Positions 58,425 to 64,000 of a stretch of DNA of 64,000 bases are shown in pieces. The stretch's first letter is position 1, and each line of letters begins with the position of its first letter. Source of the DNA: Candidatus Levyibacteriota bacterium (lineage in GTDB: Bacteria > Patescibacteriota > Microgenomatia > Levybacterales > GWA1-39-11). Under the pieces are notes generated by a model, which did not search any database, was not told the DNA's origin, and saw nothing but the letters and a program-made list of their open reading frames with translations. Both the position numbers and the translations under genes were made by a program. The stretch is taken from contig JBLMVJ010000035.1 in NCBI GenBank assembly GCA_050255815.1, positions 10,727-74,726 of the forward strand, read 5' to 3'.

Positions 58425-58979
58425 ATGGATCAAAAACTGGAGGCGGCAACACTTGCCGGGGGGTGTTTTTGGTGTACGGAGGCTATCTTTAAACGGCTAA
58501 AAGGCGTTGAAAAAGTAACCTCAGGTTACTCCGGCGGCAAACAGGAAAACCCGAGTTACGAGGAAGTGTCCTCCGGTGACACTGGCCACGCGGAAAGCAT
58601 CCAAATAGAATTTGACCCTAGCATAATTCCTTATGAGAAAATTCTGGAGATTTTCTTCCATTTACATGACCCTACCACAAAAAACCGGCAGGGAAATGAC
58701 GTGGGAGAACAATATAGATCTATGATCTTCTATCACTCTCTATATCAAAAGTCAGCTGCAGAAAAGGTAAAACAGGAAGTAGAAAAAGAAGGAAAATACA
58801 AAGACCCAATAGTAACTGAGATAATCCCCTATGACGCCTTCTACTCTGCTGAAGGCTACCACCAGAATTATTATGAGAATAACCAGAACCAGGGATACTG
58901 CAGTTTTATCATTACCCCAAAAATCCAGAAACTCCTACGGGAATATACAAAAGAAGTGAAAGAGGAATACCTTTCTTAA
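58425..58979 (+). CDS. msrA: Peptide methionine sulfoxide reductase MsrA
   Basis: GGCFWCTEAIF active-site motif, 184 aa. Confidence 0.9.
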   Translation: MDQKLEAATLAGGCFWCTEAIFKRLKGVEKVTSGYSGGKQENPSYEEVSSGDTGHAESIQIEFDPSIIPYEKILEIFFHLHDPTTKNRQGNDVGEQYRSMIFYHSLYQKSAAEKVKQEVEKEGKYKDPIVTEIIPYDAFYSAEGYHQNYYENNQNQGYCSFIITPKIQKLLREYTKEVKEEYLS

Positions 58980-59518
58980 GCCCTTTTCTTAGAAGTTCTT
59001 AACACAAAGAGTTTTGCAATAAAAACTACCACCATAGTTGCTGCCCAGCCAAAGAAGACCTGCCAGAGAAGTTTATTTTCCCGTATCTCCACCTCTTTTA
59101 AGGAACGCCCTACCAGCACGTATCCATTCTTATACTTTTCTACCACTGCTGCGGAACGCACACCTGCCTGGGGCTGCCAGGTAAAGCGTACTTCTTGTTT
59201 TTGGGAGACGGTATCAAAAACTCCGACAGGAAGTTCCGGAACCTTACCGCCAATTTCCCCCGTTGAAATAGTCAATTTCTTATTTGCGTCAAAAATCATG
59301 ATAAAAACCGCCAGGCTTTTACCCATATCTATGCGGGAAGGCGGGATAATGGTGTCAGCAGGAGTGCCCTGGGCCAGGCTGTTTGCTATGTCCTGGGCAA
59401 ACTGGATCTGGGGGTCATTTGCGTTCATACGCAAATTCTGCTGTTCTACAAAATACATAAGTCCGCACAAAAGTGTAACCGCGAGCCCCAGAGGAATAAA
59501 TTTTCTCAAGCCTCCCAT
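58976..59518 (-). CDS. Hypothetical membrane-anchored protein
   Basis: 180 aa. N-terminal TM (IPLGLAVTLLCGLMYFV) and C-terminal TM. Confidence 0.5.
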   Translation of the reverse strand: MGGLRKFIPLGLAVTLLCGLMYFVEQQNLRMNANDPQIQFAQDIANSLAQGTPADTIIPPSRIDMGKSLAVFIMIFDANKKLTISTGEIGGKVPELPVGVFDTVSQKQEVRFTWQPQAGVRSAAVVEKYKNGYVLVGRSLKEVEIRENKLLWQVFFGWAATMVVVFIAKLFVLRTSKKRA

Positions 59519-59591
59519 ACCTCCATTATAACGTCAGAATTTTAAAAAAAACAAGTTCCCTTTAAAATTTAGCTTTCTTCCTTTATAATCA

Positions 59592-60194
59592 ATGTTTATG
59601 GCCACCCTCCCAACTAACTACCAAAAACATATGTCCGCTGACCCATCCCGCAAATTCTTCCTGCGCCGTTTTAACAAGACATTGGTTAAAAACATAAAAA
59701 ACCTGAATGTTTCCTCTATTCTAGACGCGGGGTGCGGGGAAGGATTTACCCTTAACCAGCTATATGAGGCAAAAGCGGCAAAACACCTGGAAGGGGTGGA
59801 TTTTTCAAAACAGGCAGTAAGCCTGGGAAATAAACAGTTTCCCAAGCTGAAACTAAAACAGGGTGACATTTACAAACTACCCTACAAAAAAGATGAATTT
59901 GAGCTGGTTATATGTTCTGAGGTTTTAGAGCATTTGGAACACCCGGAAAAGGCTGTTAGAGAAGTACTTCGCGTTTCCAAAAAGTATGTGCTCTTCAGCG
60001 TACCCAATGAGCCCTTTTTTATGGGATCCAGACTTTTAAAAGGCATGAATATCAAACAGCTGGGCAACCACCCGGAACACATTAACCATTGGAACGTTTT
60101 TTCCTTCCCGCAAATGCTACAGAAAAACGGGGTAAAAGTGAAAAAAGTCCTCTACCCATTCCCGTGGATTTTAGTATTAGGGAAAAAAGAATAA
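59592..60194 (+). CDS. Class I SAM-dependent methyltransferase
   Basis: Motif I ILDAGCGEGF and acidic motif II (LEGVDFS). Confidence 0.75.
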   Translation: MFMATLPTNYQKHMSADPSRKFFLRRFNKTLVKNIKNLNVSSILDAGCGEGFTLNQLYEAKAAKHLEGVDFSKQAVSLGNKQFPKLKLKQGDIYKLPYKKDEFELVICSEVLEHLEHPEKAVREVLRVSKKYVLFSVPNEPFFMGSRLLKGMNIKQLGNHPEHINHWNVFSFPQMLQKNGVKVKKVLYPFPWILVLGKKE

Positions 60195-60197
60195 CTT

Positions 60198-61142
60198 CTA
60201 TTCTTCAGAGGAATATTTGAGACGGCCCAGAAATTTCTCCCCATTCTCCTGGCGGTCATTTAAGTGGACCAGAAGGTCTGCAAGAAAACCGGTGAAAAAT
60301 GCCTGGATACCGGACAGGACCAACATCACCCCTAAGAATAATAACGGACGAGTCCCTATAGTCTCTCCTGCAAAATGGAGAAATGACAAATATCCAAGCA
60401 CAAGTATACCCAAAAGAAATAGGATCTCTCCAACTATTCCAAAGAAATGCAAGGGCCGTTCTTTGTATCTGCTTAAAAAGATCATGGTTAACATATCCGG
60501 CATGTCTTTCCAGAGTTTTGAAAACCCGTACTTGGAAACGCCAAATTTCCGCTTAGCATGTTCTACCGGCACTTCCATGACGGTAAATCCATGCTGATAC
60601 GCCAAAAGGGGGATAAACCGGTGGAATCCTCCATACAGCTTTAAGGACTTTGCTGCCTGCGCGGTATATCCTTTTAAACCGCAGTTATAATCATGCAGTT
60701 TTAGTCCCCAAAAACGGTTTGCCAAAGAATTAAAGAACTTGGAAGATAATTTTTTCTTGAAAGAATCCTGCCTGTTTTTCCTCCATCCGCACACTACCTC
60801 TGCCCCGTTTGGGTCTTCCAGTGCGTCCAATATTTTTTTTATCTCAGACGGCTTATCCTGTAAATCTGCGTCTAACGTAACAATATATTCACCTTTTGCC
60901 TGGGAAAACCCTACGCTCAGCGCCTCAGATTTCCCCACATTTTTGCGGAAAGAAAAGATCTTCACATCCTTATCCTTTTTATGGAAAGCTTTCAGTAAAC
61001 GGAGGGTTGCATCTGTGGACCCGTCATCAATGAACAAAATCTCATAAGGCTTTTTTAGCTTGGATAGCTCTTTTACCAGCACTTCATAGAACGCTTCCAG
61101 AGACTCCTCTTCATTGTAAACCGGAACTACAATACTAATCAT
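60198..61142 (-). CDS. Glycosyltransferase family 2, polyprenol-phosphate sugar transferase-like, with C-terminal TM helices
   Basis: ISIVVPVYNEEESL..ILFIDDGSTDAT, DxD (TLDADLQD), and two C-terminal TM helices. Confidence 0.8.
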   Translation of the reverse strand: MISIVVPVYNEEESLEAFYEVLVKELSKLKKPYEILFIDDGSTDATLRLLKAFHKKDKDVKIFSFRKNVGKSEALSVGFSQAKGEYIVTLDADLQDKPSEIKKILDALEDPNGAEVVCGWRKNRQDSFKKKLSSKFFNSLANRFWGLKLHDYNCGLKGYTAQAAKSLKLYGGFHRFIPLLAYQHGFTVMEVPVEHAKRKFGVSKYGFSKLWKDMPDMLTMIFLSRYKERPLHFFGIVGEILFLLGILVLGYLSFLHFAGETIGTRPLLFLGVMLVLSGIQAFFTGFLADLLVHLNDRQENGEKFLGRLKYSSEE

Positions 61143-61267
61143 TTTGGATATTATAGCATCTTCCAGGATGGAAGATGATATATCGAAAGATTCATTAGTT
61201 ATAAATCTCCCAAAGGGATATGGTATATGAGGGTTCTTTTTAGTTATACCAAAACTGAGGCTAATTA

Positions 61268-63682
61268 CTAAATTTTAGAGAATGCTATGAAGTCTCCGGT
61301 CTCATATAAAATTTTGTAGGAAGGGTTTTTTCTGAGGTTTTCAACCATTTGTTTCTGCGCAGGAAGAGACGGCTGTGCATAGGTATCATTAAGAAGAAAA
61401 ACAATTACATCAGCCTCATCTAATCCATTGGGAATGGTGTAAATCTTCTCCCTCTGGGATAGATGAGAACCAACATTATTACTGGCTGCTACACTATATT
61501 TTTCATCTATGGTCATAAGAAACTGTGAAATTTCCTTACGGTTTGAAAGCTGCCTGGTAAACATATCTATGTTAGGATGCAGGCTTCCCGGAAGAGGCCC
61601 TAAAACATATGCGGAGAACAGGGAGGATCCCAGCAGGACTGCTATTAAAACAGTGTCATTTAAAAGCCTTATCCTTTTTTGTGCAATCTTTATTCCATAC
61701 ACTGCTGAAGTAAAGATAAACGGGGTGATAGTTGCCGTGTACTGGTAATAAATTTCATGCAGCTGCCCGTTATTGCTTAAGACATTAATAGCTAAATCAG
61801 GAATGGCAAAGATAAGTGACGGGATTGCAAAGAGCGGTAAAAAAGCAACCGGAGACATAATCTCAAGAATATAATTAATCCGTGCGGGGGATGCTAACAA
61901 CTGGACCCATTTCTGGGGGGCAATAAACAGGGACAGGAAAATTTCCCCGGGAGAAGACCCCAAATGGGAAAAGTAAGAAAGTGCAAAATGGACATCTCCT
62001 CTTTGTCCCGGTATCACATGGGAAACCAAAACGTAAAACATGCCTAAAGAGATAAAAAAGGTAAGAATACCCGTTACTGCAACGCCTAGCCGGGTTATGT
62101 GCAGGCTTTTCTTCTTCCACTCTATGCCATCCATGGCAAGGCGTATCCCTAAAAACGCTGCAACAATCCACACTTCTTCTTTCGTCAATGCTGACAATAC
62201 GATAAACAGGAAAAACAAAAACCTCTTTTTTTTCAAAAGAAAATAATAAGCGGCCAGCAAAAATCCGGTGGCTAAAACAACCGGATGGAAATCATATAAA
62301 ACTGAGTACGAAAGGCCGGGATTTAAAAGATAGGCGCAGGAAACTGCAAGGGCAAGAAGCGGTTTTTTTAAAACGGATTTTGCAATAAGAAAGATAAAAA
62401 CAGCGCCCATTGCAACGGTAAATGCCTGTAAAAAGATAAGGACCCGGGGGTCAGACCAAAAAGCATACAGCGGCGCAAAAAAGACCAGGATCACATCAGC
62501 GTGAAAGGCAAGACGGGAAATAACCTTAGTCCCATTAGGGTCAGTAAATTGGAAAACGTTCCCGTGCAAGGTATTCCATACCGTCTGGTCCATATTTCCC
62601 AGGTCAAATCTGCCGGTAAAAAAATTGTCATAACGCAAAAATCCTGCAATGGTGTAATACAGGGTAAATAAGGAAACCATAACCCCCAGGAAAAGTTCTG
62701 TACCATACTCTTGCACCATGAATATAACCCTTTGGATAGTTTTGCTTCTATACCAAAGCACTACAAAACATACAAAAAGAACTTCCCCTGCAACTTGTAA
62801 GATGCGTGCTAAAATAGATGCAAAAACTGCCACTCCCACACCCAAAAACGGGGCCAGTCCTACAGACATCATCCCTTCCCTCACACCCAAACCCATAGGG
62901 GTTAAAATAGTAATATATCCAAAAAAGAGGCTGAATATAAAAAATGAGATAAATGCCAGGAGCATAAAAGGGGTCAAAAACGTCACGGATAAAACAGCAA
63001 AAAATGTCCCCAAACCAAATAGGGAAAGGTAACAGATGGTAAGAAACAGCAACTGAAGTGTCTGCACAGCGGTAAAACCGGGCAGCAAAGGCCGTAAGCG
63101 CTTTGCAAACGGAGCGGGTACCTTAGTCAAAAACCAGGAATGAAATAAGAAAATGCTTCCCATTAAAACTCCTCCTGCCTCTAAAAGGAACATGAGAATT
63201 GAAGAAAGTGGATTGTTGTAGAACACGTATTGGTTAAGAAGCGGCAAGGCAGGTATGCTAGCCAGAACACACCCGGCAGCAAAAAATTCAGCTTCTATAA
63301 GCAGGAGGTGGAAGATTTCTTTCTTTTTTGCCCCATGTGCAGAAAGCAGTATTCCCTTGCCTAAAAAAGACCAAAAGTTGCCCGGAATATAACGCTTCAA
63401 TTCTGAAATTGACCATATATATGTTGCGCGCTCACGGGGAATTGTAATATTTTTATTGCACAGCAGGATGTACCAGATGATGCTTCTAATTAAAAAGTAG
63501 AAAAAGTAACATGCTACGGAAAAGAATAAAAATGAAAAAGAAACGTGGGAAAAAACCCGGGAGAAAGAAATGTTTTGCTTTGATAAGGTGTACAGGAGAA
63601 AGACAAAAGCAAGTGCGGCCAGCGGCCAGCTGAACAGAAATTTCAGCGTGTTGTAATACCGTGAGAACGGTGATAATTTCAT
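61268..63682 (-). CDS. Large polytopic membrane protein (804 aa): N-terminal flippase-like (UPF0104/LPG-synthase-TM-like) region fused to a GT-C-like glycosyltransferase region
   Basis: More than 20 predicted TM helices. Paired with the upstream polyprenol-phosphate GT2. The domain call is tentative. Confidence 0.45.
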   Translation of the reverse strand: MKLSPFSRYYNTLKFLFSWPLAALAFVFLLYTLSKQNISFSRVFSHVSFSFLFFSVACYFFYFLIRSIIWYILLCNKNITIPRERATYIWSISELKRYIPGNFWSFLGKGILLSAHGAKKKEIFHLLLIEAEFFAAGCVLASIPALPLLNQYVFYNNPLSSILMFLLEAGGVLMGSIFLFHSWFLTKVPAPFAKRLRPLLPGFTAVQTLQLLFLTICYLSLFGLGTFFAVLSVTFLTPFMLLAFISFFIFSLFFGYITILTPMGLGVREGMMSVGLAPFLGVGVAVFASILARILQVAGEVLFVCFVVLWYRSKTIQRVIFMVQEYGTELFLGVMVSLFTLYYTIAGFLRYDNFFTGRFDLGNMDQTVWNTLHGNVFQFTDPNGTKVISRLAFHADVILVFFAPLYAFWSDPRVLIFLQAFTVAMGAVFIFLIAKSVLKKPLLALAVSCAYLLNPGLSYSVLYDFHPVVLATGFLLAAYYFLLKKKRFLFFLFIVLSALTKEEVWIVAAFLGIRLAMDGIEWKKKSLHITRLGVAVTGILTFFISLGMFYVLVSHVIPGQRGDVHFALSYFSHLGSSPGEIFLSLFIAPQKWVQLLASPARINYILEIMSPVAFLPLFAIPSLIFAIPDLAINVLSNNGQLHEIYYQYTATITPFIFTSAVYGIKIAQKRIRLLNDTVLIAVLLGSSLFSAYVLGPLPGSLHPNIDMFTRQLSNRKEISQFLMTIDEKYSVAASNNVGSHLSQREKIYTIPNGLDEADVIVFLLNDTYAQPSLPAQKQMVENLRKNPSYKILYETGDFIAFSKI

Positions 63683-63782
63683 GCTTCATATTGTAGCACG
63701 GAACACGTTTACTCCATCTGAGAAAAATCTTAAGGATTAGGCTGTCTTGCAAAGGAAGCAGGAACGAGTATATATTAATAAT

Positions 63783-64000
63783 ATGTTTCCCAGGCTTTTT
63801 AGGATCCTCTTGTTGCTTTTGGTGCTCTACACTCTTCTCCCTTCTGTGGCATTAGGGCAACAAACCTCTACCGGAAGCGTCCAGGGAGCTGCAACACTGG
63901 GCGTGGCCCGGATAGTAGAAACGGCTGAGAAAAACCCGCAGGATGGCAGCATACTGACTGACACCCCCAAAGGTGCAGCACTTTCAAGCCTGGCCTATGA
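63783..64000 (+). CDS. Secreted hypothetical protein, truncated by the window end
   Basis: MFPRLFRILLLLLVLYTLLPSVALGQ signal peptide. The ORF runs off the window. Confidence 0.5.
   Translation, partial: MFPRLFRILLLLLVLYTLLPSVALGQQTSTGSVQGAATLGVARIVETAEKNPQDGSILTDTPKGAALSSLAY

Overview
This window is AT-rich (about 38-40% GC) and densely coding. It reads like a small-genome, Candidate Phyla Radiation/Patescibacteria-like bacterium. My reasons are tandem O-antigen-ligase/TPR membrane paralogs, two glycosylation clusters, a standalone type IV pilin, an IPNTG sortase-type surface protein, and an rRNA unit without an adjacent 16S whose 23S is interrupted by insertions. Housekeeping genes are clear: rho, radA, S1-like, eno, gpmA, pth, guaB-like, pit with a DUF47 partner, trxB, trxA, recF, gpsA-like, nnr, archaeal-type UMP kinase and msrA. 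There is a DNA-repair neighbourhood with an endonuclease Q-like PHP protein, a domain-only MGMT, an ATP-dependent DNA ligase translationally coupled to an unknown 190-aa protein, a Fic protein and recF. One ABC ATPase is followed by four tandem permease paralogs.

The rRNA unit is on the minus strand as tRNA-Ala(UGC), then 23S, then 5S. The 23S locus is about 4.07 kb. It appears to carry two ORF-less group-I-intron-like insertions, at positions equivalent to E. coli 1917 and 2500. It also carries a 300-nt insertion in domain I, bounded by a perfect 14-bp inverted repeat, that encodes a YhbQ-like GIY-YIG nuclease. A perfect 16-bp inverted repeat brackets the whole 23S-5S unit.

The most striking anomaly is an island of about 2.4 kb (roughly 9800-12180) with sharply higher GC (about 55-65%) and different codon usage. 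It carries a translationally coupled four-gene operon: a 52-aa protein, a 94-aa membrane protein with a CxxC tail, a 70-aa basic protein, and a 479-aa single-pass membrane protein with Pro-rich and NGNGSGNANQPGN tandem repeats. None of the four is recognisable. I cannot tell from sequence alone whether this is recent horizontal acquisition or an assembly chimera.

Other unexplained structure includes a conserved intergenic element of about 55-70 nt in three copies, with partial relatives. There is a dispersed hairpin family CCGAT-N3-4-ATCGG, a motif TTAGGCGCGCAGT-hairpin-CGAGCACCGCAA seen twice plus one flank-only third, and GAATTC-rich AT repeats. I also see a promoter-plus-terminator-bounded candidate small RNA near 18.48-18.60 kb, beside a 180-nt structured region upstream of galE. 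No CRISPR array, integrase or transposase is visible.
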